Positions 1-9,916 of a stretch of DNA of 59,986 bases are shown here, piece after piece; position 1 is the first letter of the stretch; every line of letters begins with the position of its first letter. The notes under the pieces were generated by a model that saw only the letters and a program-made list of their open reading frames with translations, had not been told where the DNA came from and made no database searches. This DNA comes from a candidate division Kazan bacterium. Its GTDB lineage: Bacteria > Patescibacteriota > Kazan-3B-28. The position numbers and the translations under genes were made by a program. The stretch is taken from contig QMNG01000003.1 of assembly GCA_003647645.1 (NCBI GenBank), positions 1-59,986 of the forward strand, written 5' to 3'.

Positions 1-48
1 GACACACGAACCTGAATCGTGCGTGTCTACCAATTCCACCACCGCGCC
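1..48 (-). tRNA. tRNA-Leu(CAG), 5' part only (cut by window start)
   Basis: Reverse complement GGCGCGGTGGTGGAATTGGTAGACACGCACGA-TTCAGGT-TCGTG: Leu-type D arm, anticodon stem CACGA/TCGTG, loop with CAG. Confidence 0.85.
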
Positions 49-66
49 TTAGAGCACTTATCCCCG

Positions 67-155
67 TGGTGGGCGGGGTGGGACTCGAACCCACACGAAG
101 TATTGCCTTCAACGGATTTTAAGTCCGTAGCGTCTACCGATTCCGCCACCCGCCC
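67..155 (-). tRNA. tRNA-Leu(TAA)
   Basis: Cloverleaf with long variable arm, anticodon arm ACGGA-CTTAAAA-TCCGT, GGTTCGAGTCCC T arm, encoded CCA. Confidence 0.95.
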
Positions 156-286
156 AAAGCTGCTTCGCAGCAATTCTCAATTTTCAATTCGCAATTTTCA
201 ATTAGTTACTATAGTAGAAACTCCTTTTTTGATAATAATTGATAATTGACCATTGTTAATTGTTAATTGGGGCAAAGCCCTTTATA

Positions 287-360
287 TGGAGGCCAGGATG
301 GGATTTGCACCCATGTAGACGGTTTTGCAGACCGTTCCCTAACTCCTCGGGCACCTGGCC
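287..360 (-). tRNA. tRNA-Cys(GCA)
   Basis: Acceptor GGCCAGG/CCTGGCC, anticodon arm ACGGT-CTGCAAA-ACCGT, CCA end; T loop reads GTGCAAATC. Confidence 0.9.
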
Positions 361-527
361 TCGTCGGGATGGACTCGACTTAACGCGCTCCCGAGACAAG
401 CTCGGGCGGCTTTTAGGTCTCGTCATCCTTCCTCTCAAACTCGCAAACAGTCGTTCACGCTCCTTAGTTTGCGAGTTTGTGTCCTAAACCTTATTTTCAA
501 TCAGTTTTATTGTAATGAGGCGAATTC

Positions 528-602
<75 letters not shown>

Positions 603-661
603 GGGAAATTTTTTATTGGTCATTGACCATTGTTAATTGTTAATTGGAGCGAAGCTCCTTC

Positions 662-736
662 TGGTGCCTGGGGTCAGAATCGAACTGACGACACGCGGTT
701 CTTCAGACCACTGCTCTACCACTGAGCTACCCAGGC
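662..736 (-). tRNA. tRNA-Phe(GAA)
   Basis: GCCTGGG/CCCAGGC acceptor, loop CTGAAGA, GTTCGATTC, CCA. Confidence 0.95.
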
Positions 737-833
737 CAATGTAATGAATAATGTAGAATGTCAAATGCCAAATTATTTTGTTTTACACTCCACCATTCTT
801 CATTTTCAATTCTCAATTCTTCATTAATTTATG

Positions 834-911
834 TGGTGGGCGCGGAGGGAGTCGAACCCCCGACCTTTCGGATGTAAACCGACTGCTCTAGACCAACTGA
901 GCTACGCGCCC
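834..911 (-). tRNA. tRNA-Val(TAC)
   Basis: GGGCGCG/CGCGCCC acceptor, TCGG-TTTACAT-CCGA anticodon arm, CCA. Confidence 0.95.
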
Positions 912-912
912 G

Positions 913-999
913 TGGTGGGCGGAAGAGGACTCGAACCTCCACGGGTTTTATCCCACACGGCCCTTAACCGTGCGCGTCTACCAGTTCCGCCATCCGCCC
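913..999 (-). tRNA. tRNA-Leu(AAG) (A34 anticodon)
   Basis: Leu-type D arm GGCGGAACTGGTAGACGCG, long variable arm, anticodon arm CACGG-TTAAGGG-CCGTG giving anticodon AAG, CCA end. Confidence 0.9.
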
Positions 1000-1008
1000 T
1001 CATAGTAA

Positions 1009-2697
1009 CTATTCTTTCTTGGTTTTAATATACCACTCATTAATATTAATAAATCTGTCGCTAACAGACGAGAGGTTGATTTTATCAGTAACTCCCCTCA
1101 CCTTGCTATCTACTAAATAAGTGTAACGCGGCTGATACAGTAAAATAGCCGGCACTAAATCAGCAAAGGCATCTTGAAACCTATGATAGTAAACAATTGT
1201 TTTATTTAAACTCGTTGCAATTCTGGCTGATTCAAGATTATTGTCAATATCCTTGTCAAAGATAACGGCTAATGCCAGGCCAGGATCATGTGCCTGGCTA
1301 CTGTGCCAATAGACATACGGATCAGAATCTATCCCTAGGTCTTGCCCAAAGATTAATACTTCATACGCCCGTGGACGGATAACCTCCTTAATCAAGGTAG
1401 CTGCCGACAAGGCCTCAATGGTTACCTCTGCTCCGATAGACGCCCAATTGTTGCGCAGTATCTCGGCAATCTGGAGTGAACTTTCATCATCACGCACTGC
1501 TATTTTGAATCCTAACCGCACGCCATCCTTTTCCAAAAAGCCGTCTTGGTCAATGTCTTTCCAATTGTCATCCTTAAGAATTTTAGCCGCAGTCGCGATG
1601 TCAAAGTTGTATTTCTTAATGTCAGGCTTATGTCCCCAAAAGCCGGGCAGAATCGGTGAATCCACAACCTCAGCCCGACCATTTTCGACCTCGTCGATAA
1701 TTTGCTGCTTGTTGGTGGCATAGGCCAGAGCCTGACGGACGGCTCGGTTTTGTATGACCGGATTGCCGCTGGCCTGATTGAAATATATTGCCTTATATTG
1801 GGGCAAACTATAAATATACTCAGCATCATTGGGAGTCAGCTCACTGTTTTCAAAAACTAATTCTCTAAAACCGGCCGCACTAACCTCCCGGTTTTTAAAG
1901 GCGTTAAACAAGTTTTTCTCGTTCTCAAAGAAAAAGAATACCAATGTGTCTATCATCGGCTGTTTGCCATAATAGCCATCAAACCGATGGAGCGTCACCG
2001 ACTTGCCGTCTGACGACTTTTTGTAGCTATAAGGACCTGTTCCGATAATGTCTGTTTGGACATATTTTGATCTCATCTCAACAACCGGTATGTCATGATA
2101 AATATGACGAGGAACTATCCCGACTGAGAGGTTGTACAGGAAAAAGGCCGAAGGCGTCGGTAGAGTAAACTTAACTGTATATTCATCAATTTTCTCAACA
2201 GCAATATCGGCGAAACTGGCCTTAAGGATGCCGTCATATTCTAGAGTTTGTAAAATATTGACTGTAAAGAGAACATCATCAGCATCGAATTTAACACCGT
2301 CGTGCCACAGCACATCATTGCGCAGGTGAAAAACATAAGTCCTGCCTTCGTCAAACATTTTCCATTGAGTAGCTAAATCCGGCACTACTTCCCGACCGGC
2401 GCTAATTTTGGTTAAGCCGGAATAAATCAAGCTTGAAAGAACCTTATCCACATCGTTGGTATCACTAAATAACGGGTGGATGAACCGGGGAAAACCGACC
2501 AAACCCTCGAGATACACGCCGCCACTAACCGGCTGGTATGTGGCATTAAGTATCTGGTTACGGGAGAGCAGCACTGAGCTGACCGCAACTACTATTATTA
2601 AGCCGCCTAATACCAGTTTTTCTCTCCCTGTAAATTGCTTGACTAAATTTTGGCTCCAGATTATAACTTGCCTCAAAAATTCCCGAAAAGAAGACAA
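1009..2697 (-). CDS. Peptide ABC transporter substrate-binding protein (SBP family 5)
   Basis: N-terminal TM anchor; IYSGL, PDLA..W, F.LR.DV.WHDG..FDADDV.FT, IGTGPY motifs. Confidence 0.9.
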   Translation of the reverse strand: MSSFREFLRQVIIWSQNLVKQFTGREKLVLGGLIIVVAVSSVLLSRNQILNATYQPVSGGVYLEGLVGFPRFIHPLFSDTNDVDKVLSSLIYSGLTKISAGREVVPDLATQWKMFDEGRTYVFHLRNDVLWHDGVKFDADDVLFTVNILQTLEYDGILKASFADIAVEKIDEYTVKFTLPTPSAFFLYNLSVGIVPRHIYHDIPVVEMRSKYVQTDIIGTGPYSYKKSSDGKSVTLHRFDGYYGKQPMIDTLVFFFFENEKNLFNAFKNREVSAAGFRELVFENSELTPNDAEYIYSLPQYKAIYFNQASGNPVIQNRAVRQALAYATNKQQIIDEVENGRAEVVDSPILPGFWGHKPDIKKYNFDIATAAKILKDDNWKDIDQDGFLEKDGVRLGFKIAVRDDESSLQIAEILRNNWASIGAEVTIEALSAATLIKEVIRPRAYEVLIFGQDLGIDSDPYVYWHSSQAHDPGLALAVIFDKDIDNNLESARIATSLNKTIVYYHRFQDAFADLVPAILLYQPRYTYLVDSKVRGVTDKINLSSVSDRFININEWYIKTKKE

Positions 2698-2773
2698 CCC
2701 CGCAAGTGCAGGGTGAGTATAAACCTCAGACTTAGAACGTTTAAGAATACGAATAGTAGTTGCCCTTAATTAT

Positions 2774-2992
2774 CTATAAAAACAAGACAATAAAGGAAAT
2801 CAGAACAAAAGCCACCGCCAGACCGATAGTAATGTTGAAAATGACCTTTTCTGGTCCGCGCCTGGTGCCGTAGAAAACTCCGCCACCACCGCCAAAAGCA
2901 TCGCCCATCGACGAACTCCTGTTCTGAAACAGAATAGCTGCCACCAGGATGACACCGACTATAACCTGAATAATGATAAATATTTTTTCCAA
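2774..2992 (-). CDS. secG: Preprotein translocase subunit SecG
   Basis: Two TM helices flanking ILFQ...GDAFGGGGG...TRRGPEK. Confidence 0.9.
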   Translation of the reverse strand: MEKIFIIIQVIVGVILVAAILFQNRSSSMGDAFGGGGGVFYGTRRGPEKVIFNITIGLAVAFVLISFIVLFL

Positions 2993-3080
2993 AGTTTGGT
3001 TGATTAAATCCTCATCATTCTACCCATAAATCAGCAGTAAAGTAAAGCAAGCAAAAATCACTTTACTAAATAATTGAAAT

Positions 3081-3542
3081 GTGCCTATAATTGGAAAGTT
3101 CATTAGAACTATGAAGACACGAGGTGAATTTGCGGAATCAGACAATCCCGACACTATTATCGGGTATGGTGTTAGTGTTGAAGGGACTCTTCAGACAGCC
3201 GGTGATATTCAGATCAACGGCTATTTCAAGGGCAAACTAATTACTCGCGGTGATGTTGTGATTGGCGAGCATGGACAAGTTGACGCCAACATTAACGCTG
3301 AAAATGTCTATATTGCTGGTGAAGTAACCGGTAATGTAAATGCCATAGACAAACTGGAAATTCTAGAAACAGGAAAGGTCGATGGCAATATATCCAGCAC
3401 AGCTTTGGTCATCGAATCCGGCGGTGTTTTGAAGGGCAGCAGCACAATGCGCGACACCGAGGATACAAAACCAGCTGTAGACCCAACTTACGAGGTCGAA
3501 GAAGCCAAAAAGGCCAGTGAAGAGGAAGCCGTCAAGGTCTAG
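3081..3542 (+). CDS. Bactofilin / polymer-forming cytoskeletal protein (CcmA family)
   Basis: TIIG.GV.VEG.L, I.ING.F.G, V.IG..G.V.ANI.A, I.G.V.GNV, LEIL.TG.V.G.I repeats; start may be ATG 3111. Confidence 0.9.
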   Translation: MPIIGKFIRTMKTRGEFAESDNPDTIIGYGVSVEGTLQTAGDIQINGYFKGKLITRGDVVIGEHGQVDANINAENVYIAGEVTGNVNAIDKLEILETGKVDGNISSTALVIESGGVLKGSSTMRDTEDTKPAVDPTYEVEEAKKASEEEAVKV

Positions 3543-3543
3543 A

Positions 3544-4497
3544 ATGTATTTATTTCTTATCAATCCGGAAGCCGGAAATAAGCGATTTGTCCGTATTGAG
3601 AAAAAAATGAAACAACTGCTTGATCAGTACAAGATCAAGAGGCGGTTTGTGATAATTGATGATTTAGCCAACGTGCCTGCCATTGTCAAACATAATCTGC
3701 GGCCGATCGATAAGGGCATAGTCATAGTCGGAGGCAATGCCACAGTTAACGCTGTAATTAATGCCACTGTTACAGAGAACTTGCCGCTGGCCATCGTGCC
3801 AATGAGCAGAACCAACTACTTGGCTAAAAGCATCGGCATTAAATCCTGGGAACAGGCCATTAAGATGCTGGCCGAGCCAGAATTCCGGGCTGAGCGACTG
3901 GGTAAGATCGGCAAGTATTATTTTGTCAGACAGATAGCTATTACTTCTCGCCAAAATCTGTTGACCAAATATCTAACTAGAACCAATCCAATTCTAAGAT
4001 TTCTGGGCATAGCCGGACCGGGCCGGGCCGGGGACAACCAAGTTACAACCAAAATCCTGTTGGACGACGAATTAAGCGCTTCAAGCAAAACTCAAAAACT
4101 TGAGATCTCACTCTCCCCCAGCCAGCTGCCGGCCGGCTCCTCAGCTCCAAAAAGCTTGCTCCGCGCCAAAAGTGCCCAGGTTCCAGAGACAGATCCCAAA
4201 AACAGGCCCCGGTCTGATAAGGAAGTTTTTCAGCCCGGCGCTCCAGCTGAGGGAAGCAAGAAAACCACCGAGAAAAAATTGCAAATTCGCCTGTTTGTTC
4301 CAAGTCAAACAGGAACAAACATCAGTTTGCTGCATGGCAATTGCCTGACCATAGACAGCGATAAAAAGATGCCGGTAACCATGGGTAACGAAACCATCGC
4401 TTTTACGCCGGTTGAAATCAAAGGATTATCAAAACATGTCCGGCTAATGGTGCCGAAGGGTTCTAATGGTGAATTGACTGAACCCATAACCTCGTGA
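3544..4497 (+). CDS. Diacylglycerol/lipid kinase family protein with an internal low-complexity insertion
   Basis: INP.AGN, VGGNAT (GGDGT variant), LAIVP..RTNYLAKSIGI; ATG 3544 follows the previous stop. Confidence 0.75.
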   Translation: MYLFLINPEAGNKRFVRIEKKMKQLLDQYKIKRRFVIIDDLANVPAIVKHNLRPIDKGIVIVGGNATVNAVINATVTENLPLAIVPMSRTNYLAKSIGIKSWEQAIKMLAEPEFRAERLGKIGKYYFVRQIAITSRQNLLTKYLTRTNPILRFLGIAGPGRAGDNQVTTKILLDDELSASSKTQKLEISLSPSQLPAGSSAPKSLLRAKSAQVPETDPKNRPRSDKEVFQPGAPAEGSKKTTEKKLQIRLFVPSQTGTNISLLHGNCLTIDSDKKMPVTMGNETIAFTPVEIKGLSKHVRLMVPKGSNGELTEPITS

Positions 4498-4510
4498 TAA
4501 TTTAAGGATA

Positions 4511-5041
4511 GTGAAAAGACATCGACGTAAACCATATACACCACAAGTTCGAATTAATGAACGAATTCGAGTACCTGAGGTGCATTTAATTGATGGTCAA
4601 GGCAAGTCTCGTGGCAGCGTCCCAACTGCCACGGCTCTGGTTATGGCGCGTGAAGCGGGTTTGGATTTGGTTGAGGTATCGTCCAACGCCAATCCCCCAA
4701 TCGCTAAAATCATCGATGCCGGAAAATACAAATACGACCAAGCCAAAGCCAAATCACGAACCAAAAAACACCAAAAAGAGGCTAGCATTAAAGAGATTCG
4801 GCTGGGATTTAAAATTGACGACCACGATTTTGATGTTAAATTCAATCGTGCTAAAAAATTCTTATCACAGGGTGATAAAGTAAAGGCCGCTGTAATATTT
4901 AGGGGCCGTGAAATCACCCATATTGATTTGGGTAAGAAACTTTTGGACAAGTTTGTTGACAGACTGAGTGAAGTAGCTAGAATAGAACAAGCCCCAATTA
5001 GACAGGGCAGGAGCATTCACACCGTTTTGTCTCCCAAATAA
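4511..5041 (+). CDS. infC: Translation initiation factor IF-3
   Basis: RINERIR..EV.LID, GLDLVEVS.NANPP.AKI.D.GKYKY, GDKVK..V.FRGREI; GTG start. Confidence 0.97.
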   Translation: MKRHRRKPYTPQVRINERIRVPEVHLIDGQGKSRGSVPTATALVMAREAGLDLVEVSSNANPPIAKIIDAGKYKYDQAKAKSRTKKHQKEASIKEIRLGFKIDDHDFDVKFNRAKKFLSQGDKVKAAVIFRGREITHIDLGKKLLDKFVDRLSEVARIEQAPIRQGRSIHTVLSPK

Positions 5042-5166
5042 AACTTGTCCCGCCTGCTCAGCAATAGACTTGGCTTTTAATAAGAATGTCAGAAACTCGG
5101 GTAGCGGACAGCCAACGGGCATTTGCTAGTGGGCAGAAGCTATATGAATACAAATTTTTAATTGAA

Positions 5167-5361
5167 ATGCCTAAAATCAAGACACACAAAGGAGCCGCCA
5201 AGCGAATCCGAATAACCCGCAGCGGGAAGCTGAAACGCCGGCAGGCAATGCAGTCTCACAACCTGACTAAAAAAACTTCTGCCAGAAAGCGCCGACTGCG
5301 CCGGCCGGCTGATATCAATTCCGGAGACGAGAAGCGAATGAGGCGAATGCTGGCTCGTTAG
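5167..5361 (+). CDS. rpmI: 50S ribosomal protein L35
   Basis: [18 protein letters not shown]...H.L.KK; between infC and rplT; true start ATG 5167. Confidence 0.96.
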   Translation: MPKIKTHKGAAKRIRITRSGKLKRRQAMQSHNLTKKTSARKRRLRRPADINSGDEKRMRRMLAR

Positions 5362-5464
5362 ACACAAGGATTAGGAGTCAAGAACTAAATATAAAATACA
5401 TCGAAAAACCACTTTAGCAACTTATCCCCGATTCATCACTCTTTATTTGTAATTCCAACTTAAT

Positions 5465-5809
5465 ATGCGCATTAAACGAGGAAAAACAACCAGGCGCCGC
5501 CATAAAAAAATATTGAAGCTGGCCAAGGGCTACCGAACTATCCGCAAATCCAATGTTAAGGTTGCTCGCACTGCCATAATGAAGGCACTATCTTATGCTT
5601 ACCGCGACCGCAGAAACAAAAAGCGAGTTTTCAGAAGCTTGTGGGTCAGCCGAATTAACGCAGGCCTAGAAAGTTTTGGCGTTAACTACAGTCGATTTAT
5701 CAAGGCCTTGAAAGACAAAAAAATTGATATTGATAGAAAGATCTTGGCTAAACTAGCCGCCGAACATCCAGAGATATTCAAACGCATAGTCGAGCACGTC
5801 GCAAAATAA
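5465..5809 (+). CDS. rplT: 50S ribosomal protein L20
   Basis: MRIKRG...RRRHKKILKLAKGY, AYRDRRNKKR.FR.LW..RINA. Confidence 0.97.
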   Translation: MRIKRGKTTRRRHKKILKLAKGYRTIRKSNVKVARTAIMKALSYAYRDRRNKKRVFRSLWVSRINAGLESFGVNYSRFIKALKDKKIDIDRKILAKLAAEHPEIFKRIVEHVAK

Positions 5810-5831
5810 AAAAGGCCCCGAGGGCCTTTTT
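5809..5831. terminator. Bidirectional intrinsic terminator
   Basis: AAAAAGGCCC-CGA-GGGCCTTTTT directly after the rplT stop. Confidence 0.85.
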
Positions 5832-6136
5832 GGCTACATCTATGCCAAGATCAAACCCTCGGGGTGCGTTCAACAGCCACTGGAACAGTGGGCGCAGCGC
5901 GGAATTATAAACCGCTTCATAGTTTACCTCCTGACTGTTGATAAGAAGAACATCAATGCTCTTCTATTTATAATGTACCAAACCAGTCAAGCATATTTCA
6001 GATAATGTACTTTTACACCTTAAACCTGCGCTAGAACCCATGGCCGTGAATTTTAATGCGGAGCGCGGTGCACAGCATAGTACATACCACTTCTTCAGGT
6101 GGATGTTGTCATTAAGGCTGTTTGTGCGTAATTTTT

Positions 6137-6529
6137 CTAATAAACACTAAAGGCCAGCCACAGGAAGAATACGCCCAATAACGCAGTAATAAGCCCGCAT
6201 ATCATGTTGTTGGTACCCGGTTTGTAAAACTTCTTGATCAAGTTTCTCATGCTTTCCGGAAAAAGAATGATGAAGGCGCCCTTAACCAGACCCAACCAAC
6301 CTACTAGTGGAATCACCCACATCCAATTATTAGCCAAAAGCCGGTACTCCACCCCCAAAATGATCACCGAAAAGGCAATGGTAATGAAAGCCAGGCTCAA
6401 CAGTGAACCAGTCGGCTTGGCAAACCCGTCCAAAATCGCATGGATGTCCTTGCTGTTGAACATCAATGGGATACCCAACAATATCATCCAAGCAGCCATA
6501 ATAAGAGCGACAATTGCGAAGAAACTCAT
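6137..6529 (-). CDS. Hypothetical 4-TM membrane protein
   Basis: 130-aa hydrophobic ORF with upstream GGGAGAAG; LVGWLGLVKG motif. Confidence 0.7.
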   Translation of the reverse strand: MSFFAIVALIMAAWMILLGIPLMFNSKDIHAILDGFAKPTGSLLSLAFITIAFSVIILGVEYRLLANNWMWVIPLVGWLGLVKGAFIILFPESMRNLIKKFYKPGTNNMICGLITALLGVFFLWLAFSVY

Positions 6530-6543
6530 ATAAACTTCTCCCT

Positions 6544-8649
6544 TTAATTAACTTGTATATAATTAGCACTAAGATCAAGGTCGGTTACCAGCCGCCCATT
6601 GAATAAGCGCTTGATTTTATCGCTGTCGTCCCCACCAGCCAGTTTGAGCGCGGGAGACAGTTTTAAAGTACTGGTTAATAGAGTAGTATCGGCACCGGGT
6701 TGCTTTTCAACCAACAACCGATAATTCCCATTAACTTTGTACGGCAGTTGGTACGACAAATTAATAGTATTTTCGGTCTTGGGTGGCGTGGTTACCCAAA
6801 AGGCAAAAACTGTTTTATCACCCTCTTCATAAATTTCAACCTGCGTACCCTCATCCTGTCCGCTGGACGTAATGAGCGTGCTGCCCAGAGGGACATAAAC
6901 ACGGACATAATCCCGGTTAACACCGTCGGGAGCCTCGCCATTGGAGAGATAATTGAATCCGGTGCCGGTATGGGTATAGGTTATACTCAAACTCTCCGTA
7001 GCAGCACCTGTTAAATTGATCATAATCGTATGTTTGATCTCTTCGACCACTCGCTGACTGCTTTTCATTCCGCCAAGATTTGATCTAACCACAGCCAAAA
7101 AATCTTCATTCTGATCAAGCAGCGGCATTGCTCCGGCAAAATTAAGATCTTCTATCACTTTTTGAAAACGGGGGTTGCGCGTGTATATCAAAATGTCTTT
7201 TTGGACCAGCCGCTGCATAATCGATGCCTGAATGTCCTGAAATTGCGCATGACTGGCCGTGAGCAGGCGCTCCATCAGTATGGGGGCTAATTTGTTGATA
7301 AGCTCTTTGGGATTTTCTCTCTTGTAGCGATTGGCTGCGATGTCTGCCTGAATGACTTCAACAACATTGCTGGCTGTCAGAGTAATATCCTCTTCCTCAA
7401 AATATATAGAGCCAAATATTCTTAACTGGTCCCTCATCACCTCCGGAGTGATGGCGATTATACCGTCCAAGCTGCCACCGGCAATACCGGAGTCCTCATA
7501 TAATTTTTGAAAAGTTTTGGCTGATGTTGGAAAATCAAAATACCAATTCGAATCCCTGGTCCCCCATCTGGCGTCGCCGGTTTCCCAGTCTGTGGCTATA
7601 GCCCTGAGAGGTGTTGGCATATCCAGCGACGGATTAATGATCTGGCCGTCTATTCTCTGGGTGGTATCCACGGACATTTCCTCAATCTGGCCTTTATATA
7701 TTTTTACAAATGCCACACTGCCCACAAAGCCACCGGTAGCCCGCAGCTCATTATTATTTTGGTTAAGAATTGCGTAGTAGCGCGGATTATTAAACCCCAG
7801 TATGTCGGGAAGTTCTCTGGCAATTGTTCCCAGCGTCATTACCAAATTCTGTAGGGCGGCAGTTTTTTCCTGTGCATTGACCACGGCAGCAGCATAAACA
7901 GGATCAATGACATCGGGATTAATTGAATTTAATAAACTGCTGGCCTTATTAACTTTGGCCAGTGCCCGGTCCAGATTTCCAATATTTTGATAAAGCAAAT
8001 TGGTAACTTGGGTAGCAAAGTCCTTAACCTGCAATTGACTGCTGACCGCTCCGTTGAAATATTGCATCAGCGGTTTCAATGTATCAATTAGTAAACTGCC
8101 GGCCTGAGCCAAACTCTGGCCGCTGTCGATAAGTTTTTGGCCGGTGACTATCTGTGAATTTTCGGCTGCCAGACCCGAAAGATAAAGATTAGTCTGCCCT
8201 AAGGACAGAATTTCCAGCTGTGCCCGGGAAAAAAGATTATCTGCAGCTATAAAGTTAGCCTTAGCCCCATTTATATCCTGTTCAATAGCAGCCGTTGCCG
8301 CCAACTCCAGTTTACTGATGCCCCGAGTGGCCAGCTCACTGATGTCGGCCTTCATGCTGTCGGCAAAACTAAATATCAACCCTCCTGCCATATACAAGAC
8401 AAAAGCTATTACACCGATCAAGATTATCTTCAGCCAAAACCAGATCGACAAGCTAATTGCTGGCCGGATAGCCGCTACCTCAAACTGCATATCCATAACC
8501 TGGCTCTGCTTGCCAAGTATAATGCCAGGAGCTGAAACAGATGCTGTTTTCTTTTTATCCGAACTTACCCTAATATCTATTGGTCTATGCCAAGTCACCC
8601 GCGGTGCGGTTTTGGGTTTGAAATAATAATATGTTTTCTTATTCCCCAT
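6544..8649 (-). CDS. DUF4012-domain membrane-anchored protein
   Basis: YAILNQNNNELRATGGFVGS, RDSNWYFDFPTSA, DGIIAITP, NRDYVRVYVPLGS motifs; likely start ATG 8649 overlapping the GT stop. Confidence 0.8.
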   Translation of the reverse strand: MGNKKTYYYFKPKTAPRVTWHRPIDIRVSSDKKKTASVSAPGIILGKQSQVMDMQFEVAAIRPAISLSIWFWLKIILIGVIAFVLYMAGGLIFSFADSMKADISELATRGISKLELAATAAIEQDINGAKANFIAADNLFSRAQLEILSLGQTNLYLSGLAAENSQIVTGQKLIDSGQSLAQAGSLLIDTLKPLMQYFNGAVSSQLQVKDFATQVTNLLYQNIGNLDRALAKVNKASSLLNSINPDVIDPVYAAAVVNAQEKTAALQNLVMTLGTIARELPDILGFNNPRYYAILNQNNNELRATGGFVGSVAFVKIYKGQIEEMSVDTTQRIDGQIINPSLDMPTPLRAIATDWETGDARWGTRDSNWYFDFPTSAKTFQKLYEDSGIAGGSLDGIIAITPEVMRDQLRIFGSIYFEEEDITLTASNVVEVIQADIAANRYKRENPKELINKLAPILMERLLTASHAQFQDIQASIMQRLVQKDILIYTRNPRFQKVIEDLNFAGAMPLLDQNEDFLAVVRSNLGGMKSSQRVVEEIKHTIMINLTGAATESLSITYTHTGTGFNYLSNGEAPDGVNRDYVRVYVPLGSTLITSSGQDEGTQVEIYEEGDKTVFAFWVTTPPKTENTINLSYQLPYKVNGNYRLLVEKQPGADTTLLTSTLKLSPALKLAGGDDSDKIKRLFNGRLVTDLDLSANYIQVN

Positions 8650-9841
8650 GTATTTCAACTGCCTCGTAAATGGCGTCCAGCGTACGCTTGGCAGACCTCT
8701 CCCAGGAAAAATAACGAGCTCGCTCATATCCTTTGGCTACTAAGGTTCGCCTTAATTCCCTATTTTCAAGGAGACTTTGAATGTGTCTCGCCAGGCCCTT
8801 GTAATCTTGAGGTTCCACCAGCAAAGCGGCATCACCGGCCACTTCAGGCAATGACGAAACATTACTGCAGATAACTGGACACCGACAGGCAAATGCTTCT
8901 AAAATCATCAGGCCGAATCCCTCGTAGTGAGACGGGAAAACCAGTGCTTCGGCATTATGCAGCATAGCAATTTTTTCCTGTTCGGTAACCCAGCCAGTAA
9001 AGATAACATCATCTTTTAGGCCAAGCTCATCAATGGCCTGGTAAAGATCATCTGCCAACCAGCTTTTGCCGCCTGCCAGAACCAACTTTATTGTATCAGA
9101 AGAGCTAAGCTTCAGTTCATATAATGCTCTGATGACCGTCGATAGATTTTTGCGCGGCTCGATGTTCCCCACGAAGAAAAGATACTTGTCCGGCAGATTG
9201 AATTTGGCTTTAACTGCCAGAAGAAGCTCGGGCGGCGGGACAGCAAAATATTCCTCGCCTACTCCCTCGGGAATGGTCCGAATTCGATCTGCTCTAGCGC
9301 GGGTGAAGCGTAAAATATCTTTTTTGGTAGCCTCGGAAACAGCGATCACAATGTCCGAAGTGCGAGCCTCATAAGGATAATTCATCTGCCACTGCCACAG
9401 ACGGGAACTATACGTAAAGTATTTAGGATAAATCAGAAAAATTAAATCATGGAAAGTGGTAACCTTGGCACACTTGCGACTTAAAGGCAGCATCTGAGGC
9501 GAGGGCATAAACATAACATCCAATCCGCCGCAGGCAAAATCGGCCTTGGGCCAATTGAGCGGTTTATAAAGGGCATGGATCAGCAGCGGAAAATTGATCC
9601 ATCTGGATTTCTTCACCTCAACATTAGAACTGCGCAAAAACGGATAATCTTTCACCAGCTGTTCAAATCTTTCATCAAGATCGCGATAAGAATTATAAAA
9701 CAACACATAAGTGTTAACTTTGTCTATTCTTAACAAATGCCTAAGAGTCTGAATGGTATATTGGCCAACGCCACTCAGCTTGCCAGTCAGAAGATTTCTA
9801 ATGTCAACACCTATGCGGATTGGTCTCATATTTTTCCTCAT
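8639..9841 (-). CDS. Glycosyltransferase family 4 (GT-B)
   Basis: FVGNIEPRKN, VFPSHYEGFGL..LEAFAC..PVI.SN.SSLPEVAGDAA. Confidence 0.92.
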   Translation of the reverse strand: MRKNMRPIRIGVDIRNLLTGKLSGVGQYTIQTLRHLLRIDKVNTYVLFYNSYRDLDERFEQLVKDYPFLRSSNVEVKKSRWINFPLLIHALYKPLNWPKADFACGGLDVMFMPSPQMLPLSRKCAKVTTFHDLIFLIYPKYFTYSSRLWQWQMNYPYEARTSDIVIAVSEATKKDILRFTRARADRIRTIPEGVGEEYFAVPPPELLLAVKAKFNLPDKYLFFVGNIEPRKNLSTVIRALYELKLSSSDTIKLVLAGGKSWLADDLYQAIDELGLKDDVIFTGWVTEQEKIAMLHNAEALVFPSHYEGFGLMILEAFACRCPVICSNVSSLPEVAGDAALLVEPQDYKGLARHIQSLLENRELRRTLVAKGYERARYFSWERSAKRTLDAIYEAVEIHGE

Positions 9842-9916
9842 TATTCCAAGATCAGTTCAAGACCTCGATAAAAATATTTTAGTTGTCATGATAGAACCTT
9901 AAGCCCAAAACAACGG

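Noticed and set aside
5870-5920. Selenocysteine readthrough of the TGA after the Cys-rich micro-ORF
   Set aside because: No recognisable SECIS hairpin and no sel genes in the window; the extension is only 9 codons.
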